NCBI GenBank assembly: GCA_965202585.1
Contig: OZ241826.1
Span: 28,520,001-28,584,000 of the forward strand
Length of the DNA: 64,000 nucleotides
From: Thalia democratica
Taxonomy: Eukaryota
Direction: 5' to 3'
Shown here: piece by piece, positions 11,691 through 24,869 of the stretch
Numbering within the stretch: the stretch's first letter is position 1
Layout: every line of letters starts with the position of its first letter
Made by a program: the position numbers and the translations under genes
The notes under the pieces: generated by a model
Databases searched by the model: none
What the model saw: only the letters and a program-made list of their open reading frames with translations
Told to the model about the DNA's origin: nothing

Positions 11691-13627
11691 CCCACTTTTA
11701 GATATCCGAGATGCAAAAAAGTTTGAATGAAGATGAATGGTATAATGTTTATTACGAATTTGAAATAGTTTTTGATGACATGTTCATTATCAATAATTGT
11801 CTGTTTATTTATTTCAGATAATAGTTATAATAATAAATTAAATTACTTGAACTTTTTGAACCTGTCCGAAATACTTAATTGTTTTACTTGCATAACAGAG
11901 TGAAAACTTAAATTATTTTTTTGACAATATTTTTATATACATACTCAGTTTTTATAACTACATAGTAATGATGGTATTTAATATTAAATGAATAAAAAGT
12001 TAACATTTTCTATATGAATAGTTACGTTTAAAAACAGTGCAATTTAACTGTACAGTGTACAGTGTACATACTAACCTTGACAAAAAATAGTAAAAGTATG
12101 AGCTTTTTGTACTAATTCTAACTAAGATCCTTGAAACTTTTTACTTGCATCCGTAGAGTCTTGTCTAAAGCGTAATAAGTTTTTGCCAGTCGACCGTTGT
12201 TGGACGATTAATAATGTTTTATTAAAACGAAAGTTTTCTGTGTATTTAAAAATAATTTACGGTTGTATGTTTGTTTTAAATTTCCAGCTTTGTAATAAAT
12301 TTTAACATGCTGCGTCACTGCTAGATACTAAGTAGGGCATGTCTAAATAATCACAAAAATAAAGAGTTAAGTTAATGGTGTTCTTTAGAAACAAAGTATC
12401 TTAAGTTCTAAGATTGTAAACTTTCAAATACTGATCAACGAGACTAAAATTAATTATGTTTTGTTTTTAAACTGGCCATAAATGCATACTTACATATTAC
12501 GGACATTATCAAAGTTCAAAATTACAACACAAACTATTAAGAAACATAAAAGTTATACTAGGTAACCTACAAACAACATAAACAAATAAATATAACATAA
12601 ACACATTTTTAATAAAACTAAACACCTTGTCAATAGTTCTGTGTTTAACGTTTGACTTCTGGTTTAAATAATTATTTTTATAACATATTCAAGTATACTG
12701 AAAGTTTTGTTTATTTCTATATTTAATATGTTTTATAATTTTTGGTCTAAAGTTTCAGATAAAACAATGCCTGCTTTAGTTTATTACGAAATGGCTTGTT
12801 AATATTTTGTATGAATAGTTCTAAGGAATTGAGTAGTATATAATTTGTACTTTTATTTAATAAAATGTCACAGAAAATAGAGCTAAAAATTGTATAACTT
12901 CTATCACTAACAGTTTATATTCGTAAATTATAAGTTTAATTATTATAGTATAAAAATAGAACGCAATATATTTTACAAATAAAATCTTTTTACCTTTACG
13001 TTAAGCTAAAGTTAGAAAAAACCACACAAGTATTCTGAATAGACTAATAAATTATGAAATTTTATCAACTAAGTTTGTAAAATGTTTACAAACAGTTGAC
13101 ATGAGTTGCATTTTCTTTTAGTTTTACTTTTGTTTTTCATGCTTCTATGTCTTGTATGAACGACATTGTATTTTTCTTATTTTTAAATTTTGAAAACGTA
13201 AAAAGTAAAATAACCACAAACGTTATAAATGTAGTTATAAGAATTTTAAAGTAGTTTACTACTACTATTGTTTACTTTACCGTTTTTTATAACCCGGTGC
13301 TAAAGATTTTTGGACAGAAAATTTACATTTAGTAAAAAAATTAACGAACAGCTATAAAAACTAAGAATATAATAGAACAAGCTATTAACATTCGAAAATG
13401 TTCACCGATCAAACAGTAAGTTTATAGGTAATGACAAATAACTCTTTTTAAGTTTTACTTTTAGTTAAAGTTTAATCTTAAACTTGATTTTAACTACTAA
13501 ATTGCTTACTTATCTTCTAAAAAATAGGTAAATAATAAATAATTTGTATTATTTACCAGTAGTGACGCGTGATAAAGTCAAAGATGGTTGCGAGCACTTC
13601 ACACTAGCTCGATTGGAGTCTTGTTAA

Positions 13628-13824
13628 AATGTGGAGGTGTTTCCCCTACTACTTGCTGAGTCACCATAATGAAAAAGCCTTTTTCATGACTTTTTTTTAA
13701 TTTAGTTATTAGAAATTTAATTTTTGATTAATATTTAGGTAAGGTGGGTTAGGGATATGGGTATTAAAAATAAGCTTCTTCACTTTGACGATATAGAAAA
13801 TATTAGGGGAAACACCTCGACATT
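13628..13824. mobile_element. Small fold-back element
   Basis: AATGTGGAGGTGTTTCCCCTA (13628-13648) and TAGGGGAAACACCTCGACATT (13804-13824) form a 20/21 inverted repeat around TAGGTAAGGTGGGTTAGG. Confidence 0.5.
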
Positions 13825-16800
13825 CCAATCGGCCTTGCCCGATTGTTAGATTGTTATTGCATTTAAAGCTCAGTTTGCAGTTTTAAAAGATCTACAATAT
13901 AAATTAAAATGGAGCGTTCAACTATAGAGACAACTGTTTCAAAAGCTGTTTTAAAATAATAAAACAATCTTAAAGAATTACTGCTAGGTTTACGCCATAC
14001 TCAAGTCAGTGAAATATAAGTACCTTATATACTTAGTTGAAACCTTTTTTGTCGGTTGTTTTTATCTAGTTAAAAAAATTTAAAAGTGTTTATAAAGTTT
14101 TTAGAAAAAATGGTGTTTGTTTTAGAAGTTTTAAGGAAAGCTAAAAAAATCGATTGAAATAGTTTTTTTTGAATGTTTTTATTTATAAAATTGATTATTC
14201 AAACAACTACATCTGCTAGGTTAGTTTAATTTTTTTAACCAAAAACAGTTATTGCCTATTGTAATTATACAAAAGTAATTATAATCGTGCTTCATTAAAC
14301 TTAAAGTTTTCTGAGAGTGGCAAAAATTGCTTGTTAAGTTTCAGATTAAAAAATATTTAATACTTTTCGAAAATAGCTGAATATAATTTAGAATTTACTT
14401 ATTTTCCCTTCCACAAACAGATAACTTAAAAAGAAGTACTGTACAAAATCAAGATTTAACCAATAAGAAACTTACCTTATTTAGGACAGATTTAGAAAAG
14501 TGTAAAAAATAATGAAAAGTGTGCATGAGAAAGAAAGTTCATAACAAATTAATTTAAACGTTTCAAAAATTTATTATTTTATATTTCAAACTCATTACAA
14601 AACCACAAGTTTTTTAAAACGTAAAGGTTGTAGAAATTACAACAAAAATAAGAATTACTCTTCATTCAAAACTTAATTAGGGTACTTTAAGTTTTTTACT
14701 TTAAAAGAAGTATTAACTGTTAATCATTAAATTAAAGATTAACGTACTTTTATTTTAAACTTCATTTGTTATATGTTCATACAGCTTAACTTTTGAAACT
14801 TTTAATTAAAAAATTGGTATTTAGTATGATATACTTCCCTAAAACAGTAAATAGAACCTAAGAAAACCTAAAACTTTTAAAAAAGTAATAAAAGTGTAAT
14901 GATAATTTTGTTTAATTTGTAGTTTAAACTTTGAAAACTGTAAATCTTAACAGCATCAGAGTAAAGATTAAATAATAAAAATCTCATACATGCTAAATAG
15001 TTATGAACTAAAGTAAAAAAATAATCAAACATTTCTACAGTTTATTTTTTTAAATTTTATAAGCTATAACAATAGTTAATTAAAAAAATCTAGACACAAA
15101 GTTGTTATATGTAAATTTAAGAAAACTGTTGTGTATTACTAATTTAAATTTACATTTAATTTTTAAAGATGTTTGAAAACTAACAACTGAAGTAGTGATA
15201 AATGAATATAAATACTTAATAGTAAAAAACAACTTTTGGTTTATTTTATTATTATGTTTCAACAACAATATTTTTGAAGTTTGAACAAAGTAAAGATTTA
15301 TCAATAATGCTAAGATACTTTGTATGCTATGTCTTTGTAAATATTCAAGTAGTTAAAGTTTGTGTATTATGTTTATTGTAGTTAGTTTCATTTAAAATTA
15401 AAACCTAGTATGTTTAACTTAACTAAACAAAACCTCTCATTAATACATGAAATAAACAACTGTACTGAAAAGTACTTTTTTGTTATTGAATTTTACAAGT
15501 TAGAGTAATAAGACTAGTTGTTTTATATAATTTAACTTACAGTAGACAATGTAAGATTTTGACTAAATATAATGTTTTTTGATTATTTTCAAAATAAAAA
15601 TTACTTAAAAAAACGTAAGTTTATTTGATTTTGTAATTTTGACCATAGATAGACTAAATAAATAACAATTTAAAGAACTAGTTATTGTTAAAAGTGAATG
15701 AAAAACAAAAAAGTTGTTGAATTTATTTGCTTAACAGTTATGATGTAAATAATTCTAGTCTTTGAAAACTACGTATATAAATAATTTTGAAAATTAGTCA
15801 ATTTAAAAAATGTCAACAATTTTGTTTATAAAAGAAGCAACATTGTTGTTCTGTGGCACTTTGTACACAACATTTTCATTTTTTATTGACTTAAGTAGGT
15901 TTTTTTTTGAACGACAAAATAGCTCTCAAAACATTAGGTTCTAAGACCTGGCGAACAAAAAACTTTTTGGCTACCGAGTCTTACACCGAGTTGTAAGAAA
16001 ACAAAATTTTAAGTTGCTTTGATTTTTAAGTTAACTATAAATCCTAAATAAAAGAAAATGCACAATCTTTTATGTTATTTAATGTAATGTATGCTCTGTT
16101 ATTTAAGTTATTAATAAAAGAATGTTTCGTCCCAAAATTTAAATACGTATCAAAGATTTAAAAAGTCATTGAGGTGACAAATGTTTTCATATAGCAAAAA
16201 GTTGTAGTTTTGTCACATGATATACTTAACTATATGTTAGAAAACCAAACAATAGTAAGTTTCTATTCAAAGCTTTTAAGTTGTAAAAGAGTGCACTAAT
16301 ATTTATAGTATTTAGTTAATAGTATAATAGTTTATTAATAATAAGTTTTTATATAATAAATTACTAGAAGTAAAGAACAGCAATTAACATTTCTTCGAAA
16401 AATTACAGAGCTAATCTTTATTCTAAAAATCTGGAGTAATCTTTAAATTTAAAAATTTTATCTTTAGAATAAAATACGTTAAAAATTTAATAATTTTTGC
16501 TCTAAAGTTAACATTACAACAGCTTATTACCAAAGTAGACCTCTATTTCAATTTTTTTTTCAACTTTAAAGCTTTTTTTAAAACTGTACTGTTAAAAGTT
16601 GGTTAATTCAACACACAAATAAGAGCTAATACAACTTTGAGCCTAACAAAGTAAGTAAATTTAAAGTTCTTTCAAAAAATCTATGTTTTTTAACATAAAA
16701 CGACTGCTGTGTATAAGTGAAAAACAAATTAATTCTTATACAATTTTTAAGACAAGCAAAAACTTATTTAAAAGCTTAAAGTAGTCTGTAAGGTAAAATT

Positions 16801-17869
16801 TTACAAGCTTGCTGTATTCAACACTGATCAGATAAACTAACGCTTCATTAAGACTTAAAAGAGTTAAACTTTTTCCCGCTATGCGCTCGGTTGAACTTCT
16901 TCACTTTGAAATTCAGAGCACTAGGCAAAAAATGCGTTGCGAGAACCCCAGGTGGTGGCCAATGCATTTTTTGATTAAACAGTCGGTTTCCCCCCAGCTG
17001 TGCCAGTTCTAATGTTCACGCGGCCCGTGAAGAAATATAGATGCAGCATTATTATAAAATTGCCTACACAGATCTATGACCACTATTAAAATATGCATTC
17101 GCACATTTTAATGTGTTCCCGCGTTGTTACATTTTACTACAGCCTCATAGACAACGGTATCTATCTCCGTCCATCCGTTTCCAGAGTCACTGTACACTAT
17201 CAAAAAAATATAACAATTTCCCATACTCGCGTCAGTGTTTCCGAGTTTGTTTGCGTCACCGTTCTTACAGGCGTGTATCCTCGTCAATGTTCTGTGTTTA
17301 ACATGTTATGGTTTAGCCAACGGAAGCAATGCGAGCACCACTCCTCATTTCAAAGCGTTGTTCACCCAACTGCTTTTCAACTGGAACGACTTTGACATTT
17401 GAAAAAGTTGTTGTTTGAATGTTAACTGCTTCTACCAAGATCTGCACTGACAAGACTCTTTCGCCCAAAGCATCTGCTCCCCGGCCCTCCTACTCTTCTG
17501 ATCTTTATAGTCTTGAAATCATTAAGGGCAGATTTTATGGCCACCGTCCTGCTGTCAAGATAAACCGACACCTTTTGTTGTCAACCGAAAAAAGTCTTCC
17601 GTTTCCTTACTTCCAAAAGTAAACAATTCAAAGTTTTTAAACAGTTTGAGATCGTTTCACCTGAAGGCCACTAGTCACTTGCTTTGCAGGTAAAACCGCT
17701 ACTGAGTGCCAGAAAGAAGAAAATTTTAAAAGAAACTAGTTGCTAGATTAAGGGTTCGAACACCTTTTAGTCAATGAACAAGATTTACTAGAAAAATTAT
17801 TTAGTGGCCCAGACTTAAACAATTCCTCTAAGGTCATTTAATTGAAAAAATTATACTTTAGAAGCTAAA

Positions 17870-18310
17870 ATAGTAATTATGCAAAACTGTAACCAACAAA
17901 AACACAATTGAAAATAAACACTATTTCCAGCTTGAAATCACCTTATTTTTTACAGGCTTTTGACATTTTTCAACTTGAATAAAAAACAGGTCGCAGGATA
18001 GAGTAAGATTCGACCCGCGGGGGCTTTATTTGCCACCCTAACGCTTGAATGCTCAACCTTACGCCCCAATTCGTTTTGATCAAATTCAACGTCAGAGTGG
18101 CTGTCTACTCTCTGCTTTCAATCCGTTCATGCATAGTCAACCACTTATTAAGTTTGAGTTCTCGCTCGACGCCTAGAACGCGGTGTGTGAATTCGGTCCG
18201 CGACGCTTTCACTACCCTTTGTTGTTTTTTAAAGCTGGTCTGCACATAAGATGTAATTTCTCAAAGTTGTGGTACCCCGTAAAAGACATTGTTCAGTAAA
18301 AATATTTTTA
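17870..18310 (-). pseudogene. Decayed coding-like segment within a GC/CpG-richer island (16860-18310)
   Basis: One minus frame reads LLNNVFYGVPQL*EITSYVQTSFKKQQRVVKASRTEFTHRVLGVERELKLNKWLTMHERIESRE*TATLTLNLIKTNWGV with isolated stops. No family recognised. Confidence 0.3.
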
Positions 18311-19299
18311 GAAACCATACAATCTACTATTATTACTATTATCTGAGTAGCAAATAAAAAGCAAATAAATTAAACAACCTAAAGAAGTTTTTTAAAGACG
18401 CATTATTGCTTTGTATCACAAAAACTTATGATTTTATTACCTATATAATACTCATTAGTAGTATGTAAAACATGTTTTATCTGAAAGCTGTTTAGCGCTT
18501 GATTCTAAAAACTTATCAGCTTTTACTGTTAGATCTACTTCAATAAATGATATCCTTCAGACTTTTTATCATAAGTTCTTTAAGCGAGCTATAAAAGTAA
18601 CTGAACTAAAAACTGTTACATATTTGGCTAAAAATTCATTTAGCAGCAAACTACTAATGAAAGCTCTCAATTTAATTCAGGAGTCGGCAGTTCTTGTTAT
18701 TAAAAGGCCAATTTTCCCAGAAAAAGTTAGACGTCGGCTGTACTTCTTTAGAACAACTGTGATTACCAATAAAAGTACTATTTTGTTTTAAAGTAAGTCA
18801 AAATATGCAACATAAAATAAATTTCAACTATGAAAATAAGAGTCTCTTATAAAGTTTTTAGCATTAAATTAATAAAAAATATTTTAAACATGTAGGCTTT
18901 TAGTAGAAAACTACATAGCGGTTCGCAAATTTGTTCTTTGCTGAACTTTGATTCTACTAATCTTTTTAATTTTATGTATCAGTTATCAATTGTTTTCTTC
19001 AAGTTAGGTATAACACAATTCAAAATTATCAATTTTTTATGAAGAACTTAATACGTACATATTAAACGTTGTGTCCAAACTTGTATACGTAAAAACTGTT
19101 AAAGTTTGTATATTTTTTACTTTATTAATGAGTATAGTTTTATATTTTATCTATAATGTTCTAAAATGATAGTATTAAAGTTGTTGGAGAAACGAGATAA
19201 GCATAAGTAATTTGTATACAATATATACAACATGACGTACATTATCGAAAATTTCCAAAATGCACCGGATATTTACTTACGTTTTGATTACTGATACGT

Positions 19300-22200
19300 A
19301 TTGAAAACGTGGTTTTTGGAGAAACATTTTCGTCTTTTACAAAACTATCATAAAATATTTAAATTTCTGTTACTTCTGCACAACACAAACAAAAGCTCTA
19401 AAATTTTTAACTTTTTGCTTTTTAATTAATATTATAACGGTTTATGCACGAAAATGCAATCGCTTTACAAATTTTCAATATAAAAGAATTTAAGTATATT
19501 TGCAAAAAATGCAAAAGTTACGTATATCCGGAAATATGCAGTAATTTTTTCAATTTGTTCTTTTCTGGTATAACTCTTTGATATTTACTGAAACAAAATG
19601 AGATTGTTGGTAAAGTATATAAGATTAATGTTTTCAAAAAACAGTGAAGCATAAAACTTAAAATGCTGGGGCCGACTTTTCTTAAATAGATGACCATAAA
19701 AAGTTATAATCAAAATATGATGTAGTAAATAGATATGTAAAGAAAAATAAATAGTTTACACAAACTTGAGATGCTTTAAGCTCTACTCTCTATTGTAAAA
19801 TGTGCATGAAATGGACTTAAAAACCCATTTAAGAGCCTTAAATCAGCTAACCTTTGTTTTTTCAAAGAAATGTTCACAAGAAAATAACTTAAAGAAAAAC
19901 TATTAACAATATATAAAACCCATTTAAAGTTTGTTTTTGAAAGCTTAAAACATTTTTTATACAATTAACTAGTAAAAAGTAATTTACTAAAAGTTATAAC
20001 TAGGATGAATACTTATTTAAATATGGTCTACGAGAATTTTTTTTAGTACTTAACACATTGTATTCTTAAATTTTAAGTGCTTGACCCTTATTATATTTTA
20101 GTAAAACCATCTTTTTGAATATTAAAATACAAAAACATCGGTGCCTTTTGGCTGTATTTGACTAAGTTTTTATATAATTGTCACAAAACTGTGTTTTGTT
20201 TTTTTTTCGTAACATCACAATTAAAACCGCATAAATTTATAAACTTTTTTTTTTTTAATTAATTTCTTAACGGCTTGATAGCAGAGGAGCTATCCTTATA
20301 GAAAAGTTTTATTCCAAAATCAGTTATAAGCCTTTTATACAGTTGGGTATAAAAGTTTCTGAAGTCTATAAATATATTGCAAAAAAAACTATAATTATTT
20401 TAAATTAGATCTATGTTATTTGAAATAACAAAATAAAACTTTACTTGTCTTAAAAAAGACTATTGATTTCCGAGAGCTTTTTTTACAAATCTGCCTATAC
20501 TATCTTTTAATATGAATTTACTTAAAGCATAAAGCGCAGGTATTAAACCCTAATTACATTTTTCGTTATTTTTGATGAATGCTGAAATTAAAAAAAAAGG
20601 TGCTTTTAGAAAAATTGATCTTTTACAAAACTGTCATAAAGTATATTAATTCAATTTTTATTTTATTATTTAGTATGTTGTAAAAGTGCTATCCTTTATA
20701 AATTTTTGACTTATATATAATTTCTCAACCGCTTATGCGCAAAGGAGCTACATTTTTACAAAGTTTTACCAAAAAGTAATTGCAGTTTTTTTTTGTATCA
20801 CATACAAAAGTTGCTTAAGTCCGGAAATAAACACTGCTGAAATTTGTTTTCTTTTAATTAAAATCGGGGCTTAAAAAAACACAACGGCTACATGTTGCCA
20901 TATAAACAGGACTTATAACTCAAAAAAACCTGGCATAAAAATACTCTCACTGTTCTTTACACTTCATTTGACTTAAAATATTAATCAAGTACAGTTTTAA
21001 CTAAGTAAAGTATCAAGTAACTCCAACACCTCAAAAATTTTTACATAGTCTGAACACCTTATTGTTTACTGAACAAAAAAAAAAAAAAAACGTATAAAAT
21101 ATTTAGCCCTAGGAACTAGTGCACGAAGAACCTTTCGGTTATCGAAACGTACACCATTTGGGTACCTTTTAACGTCTTGTCCAGGACATATACTTTAATT
21201 TGTTTCGTAACCTGCTTATTAAGAACTATTAAACACTTTGTTAACTATATTTCTCTAATATTCTTAGTTGGCATGATCTTTTTGTTTTGTAGTTACAAAA
21301 AAAATGATACTAAAATGATTTTCAGATCCTCATAAGCATACACATTTCATGCCTAAAAACTGAAACTAACAAGTGTTTCTAAGAAGCACCTTTTTATTTT
21401 GTACTTCAGTATTCGAAATGATAATTTTATCTGAATCCCACCCGGGTAAAATAGTTAAAACTAAGAGTAAAGTATAGTAAAAAATTCAAAGAACAACATT
21501 CATTATTTGCTTTTTTGTATTCTTAAAGATAATAGAGTATTTGAAGTTGATTATAAATTAATACACCTATCATTTTGAATACTGAAATTAAAAAATAAAT
21601 CGGTGCCTTTTGGAAAATTTTTCTCAGTGTTTTACAAAACTGTCATAAGTTTATTTATTTGTTTTACTTTGACAAAATAGAAATAAAACCGCAAAACTAA
21701 GTATTTTTTGTATTTAATTAATTTCTCAACGGATTTTAAGCAGAGGAGCTATTTGTTTACAAAGCTTTAATCCAAAAGTTTTAATTATTTTATAAAAACT
21801 GCATAAGACCATAGTATGCTGCTTTTCAAAAAATTCAAAACGTGTTTAATACTTGTCATTAAAATGTAATCTAAATTTTTATTATTTGTCATTAATTATA
21901 AGAATTAAAACAATCTGTATGTTTTTTGGCTGTTTTAAACTGTTTTTTCTAGTTTACTGTTAAAATTAAAGTGTCTATAACTTTTATTAGAAATAAAAGC
22001 GCATACTATTTTGAATACTGAATTATGAAAAATAAGTGTTCATTTGAAACATTTCATCAGTCTTTTACAGAACTGACATAAGACGTATTCTTTTCGATTA
22101 CTTCCGCACAACACAAAAAAAGCGCTTAGATTTATAATTTTTTTTGTATTTACTTAATGATAAAATGGCTTACACGCATAGGAGCTATTCTTTTACAAAA

Positions 22201-24060
22201 TTTTTTATTCAAAATTAGTTTTAATACCTTTTTAAAAGTTGTAAGCAAAAATTGCTTAAGTCTAGGAGCACGTTGTAGATAAATGTTTTGTGGTTTGCTT
22301 TAAACAACATAATGAAACTACATTTTTATAAACAAGAGTATTGATTGGAGAGAGTTTTATACTAAACTATTTATATTTTCTTAAAACTTTACTTAAATCA
22401 TAAAGCACACTTATTTGACAATGATAATATGTTTTATTCATTTTCTGAATAGTGAAATTACATAACAATCGGTGCTTTTGTAAAAACATAATTTTAACAA
22501 AACTGTCATAAAACTTTTTTATTTCGTGTTTTATTATCTAAAAAACAAATTAAAACCGCGCTACTTAACAACTTTTTGGTTTTTAATTATATCTCAACGG
22601 CTTATGAGCAGAGGAGCTATCTTTTTACAACATTTTAGTCGAAAACTAGTTTTAATACTTTTGAAAGTTCCTTGAGCCCTGAAAAAGGTGGTTAGTTTGT
22701 ATAAGAATTTGAATTTATACCAACTTTAAATTTATAAAGAAGTATTTGTTATTTTACAAGAGAATATTAGTTTTAATGGGAAAAAACTTGCTTAACTGAA
22801 TTCAATATTTAAATAAGATTATCATTATTAATCTTAATAAGTAACTAATAATTAACTAATCATTAATTATTAACAATTATTATAAGCATAAAAAATTTCT
22901 ATAACTGCATGGCATTTTCAACAACAGTAATGTTATAAATACTTAACTTGGTTTAATTGTATTCAATGTATAAAGTAGATTATCATTAATAATCTTAATA
23001 AGTAATTATTGTTAATAGTTGATGAATAGTTACTAGTTTGTTACTTATTAAGATTATTTTTGATAATCTAATTGAAACATTGAATACAGTTAAACCAAGT
23101 TAAGTATTAACAATGTTACTATTGTTGAAAATACCATACAGGCATAGAAGTTTTTTAAGCTACCAAACGCATCCTACTAAATTTTTCTAAAAATGCCTAA
23201 CTTCAAACTTAGACATTAGAAATAACAGTTTATTAGAATATAATAAGAGTAGAATAGTTACAATTTAAAATATACAAAAATTAACTTAAAGCTTTAAACT
23301 ATAACCGTTAATTCTTAAAGTACTTGAAATATTAGACCCTGATTATACCTTAGCATAAATAACGTTGTGAACATTGAAATATTAAAAATTGGTAATTTTT
23401 AGAACTATTTACTTGGTCTTTCACAAAACTATCATAAACTGTATTTATTTATTTTATTTCTGCACAACACAGACAAAAGCGCATAACTTTATAAATATTT
23501 CTTTTTTAATTATAGTTACATCAGCTTAGCGCTTAGGAGCTATACTTTTACAAAACTTTAATCTCAAACTAGTTTTAACTAGTTTTATAAAGTTGCTTAC
23601 AAAAGTTGCTCAAGCTAAAAGTATGTTGCACATAAGTTATTTAATTCATTTCAAATTTAGGATATTTCAATTAAAATAATGACAATATTGTTGTAATAAA
23701 TAGGACTATTGATTTCAAAGAGTTTTTATACAAAACTAGTTTTTCTAATTAAGACTTATCTAAAAAAATATTTACAACTGCTTAACCCTGATTATGTTTT
23801 TTATTATACTATCCTGAATACTGAAATTAAAAAAAAAGGTGCTTTTGGAGAAGTGAATTGTCTTTTACAAAACTGTCATAAATACTTTAATTTTTTTTTA
23901 TTTTTGCACAAGTTAAATAAAACCGCTTCACTTTATAAACTTTTTTTTAAAATTAATATTTTAACGGCTTAAGCACAAAGGAGCTATCTTTTTACAAAAA
24001 TTTAGTCTTAAAGTAATTTTGATATACTTTGAAACTGCATACAAATTTGCTTATGTCTGG
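19300..24060 (+). repeat. Array of at least 8 diverged ~430-460-bp units with conserved codon structure
   Basis: Recurring ACAAAACTGTCATAAA and GGAGCTA motifs (GGAGCTA near 20286, 20744, 21745, 22181, 22613, 23536, 23980). Spacings are 431-458 bp, or about twice that where insertions lie. Confidence 0.85.
22885..23161. repeat. ~277-bp palindrome (arms ~120 bp, loop 35 bp) inserted in the array
   Basis: 22885-23005 aligns without gaps to the reverse complement of 23041-23161, with 17 mismatches counted by eye. Confidence 0.85.
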
Positions 24061-24746
24061 AAACACTTGACAACTTATCTTTTTGGTTTAGTTTTAAGCT
24101 ATTTTCAAGTCGACACGATTTTTTTCAAGCAACTTTTTAAATTAGTTACCATCTACTCAATAAAGTTTATTAAACCAAACTTATATAATTAATACTGCTT
24201 TGTAAGTTTTACAAAACACCAAGTTTTAAATGCAGCTATTTGGTTGATTCATAGACTGTTAATGGTTTAAACACTTAATCTACTAGTATTAAAATTTTGA
24301 ATAAAGATACAACAATTCAAAATTAAAAAAAAATTTTTTAACATTTTAAACTTTAAGTATTAAAACATTTTTATAATAAACCTTTGGTGAATTTCGTAGT
24401 AGAAAGTCTTTAATCTAAGTTAAAATCATTTTCTTATTTTACAAAAACATTAAACCAGACATCATAAAATAAAAATTTTATCACATAAACTTAATATGTT
24501 TAATCAACAAAAACTTGTAGCATGCGTAAGTTAATAAACACTAATTTATTCTATTTACTTTCTTCCAGAAGTGATGTATTCTTTTCAACTAGATCCAGAA
24601 GAACCTTTATTCGAAAAATCTATTGAAAAAAAAATTTCTCCAAATTTCCATTATGATTAATGTTTTAGCAAACTAAAGTTCAAAATGCGTAAAATCTCAT
24701 TCATAAACAAAAAACAAGCATACCTTACAAATATTCCGAGTTGTTA

Positions 24747-24869
24747 CTAACTAGGTGGATAAATTAAACTCAAGCAGTGACCATATCGAAGGCATCTTTT
24801 TATGATTTCCTGGGGCAAGAGGAACCTGTCATTTGTTTTGAACCTTCTCCTTTTGTTCATCAACCAATT
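24747..24869 (-). CDS. Homeobox gene exon 7: homeodomain recognition helix and C-terminus
   Basis: Acceptor ttttgttacag then NWLMNKRRRFKTNDRFLLPQEIIKRCLRYGHCLSLIYPPS*. W48, N51 and R53 are present. Confidence 0.8.
   Translation of the reverse strand, partial: NWLMNKRRRFKTNDRFLLPQEIIKRCLRYGHCLSLIYPPS

Noticed and set aside
13560-13670. TGACGCGT and TGAGTCA motifs as a promoter
   Set aside because: They are short motifs overlapping a fold-back element, with no linked gene.
18690-18950. KFSKEQ and ENWPFNNK fragments suggesting a second homeobox
   Set aside because: Spacing, frame and splice sites do not build a homeodomain. Probably coincidence.
23690-23740. TIDFKEF resembling an EF-hand exit helix
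   Set aside because: The loop lacks the D-x-D/N-x-D-G ligands in all three copies examined.
23820-23880. KGAFGEV resembling a protein-kinase glycine loop
   Set aside because: The first Gly is missing, and no HRD or DFG motif follows within the ~430-bp unit.
24551-24729. Possible extra exon (IFRIKVLLDLVEKNTSLLEESK*) reached via a GTAAG donor at 24728
   Set aside because: It requires reading through TAG TAA at 24744-24749. It may be ancestral or 3' UTR splicing, so it is not included in the model.
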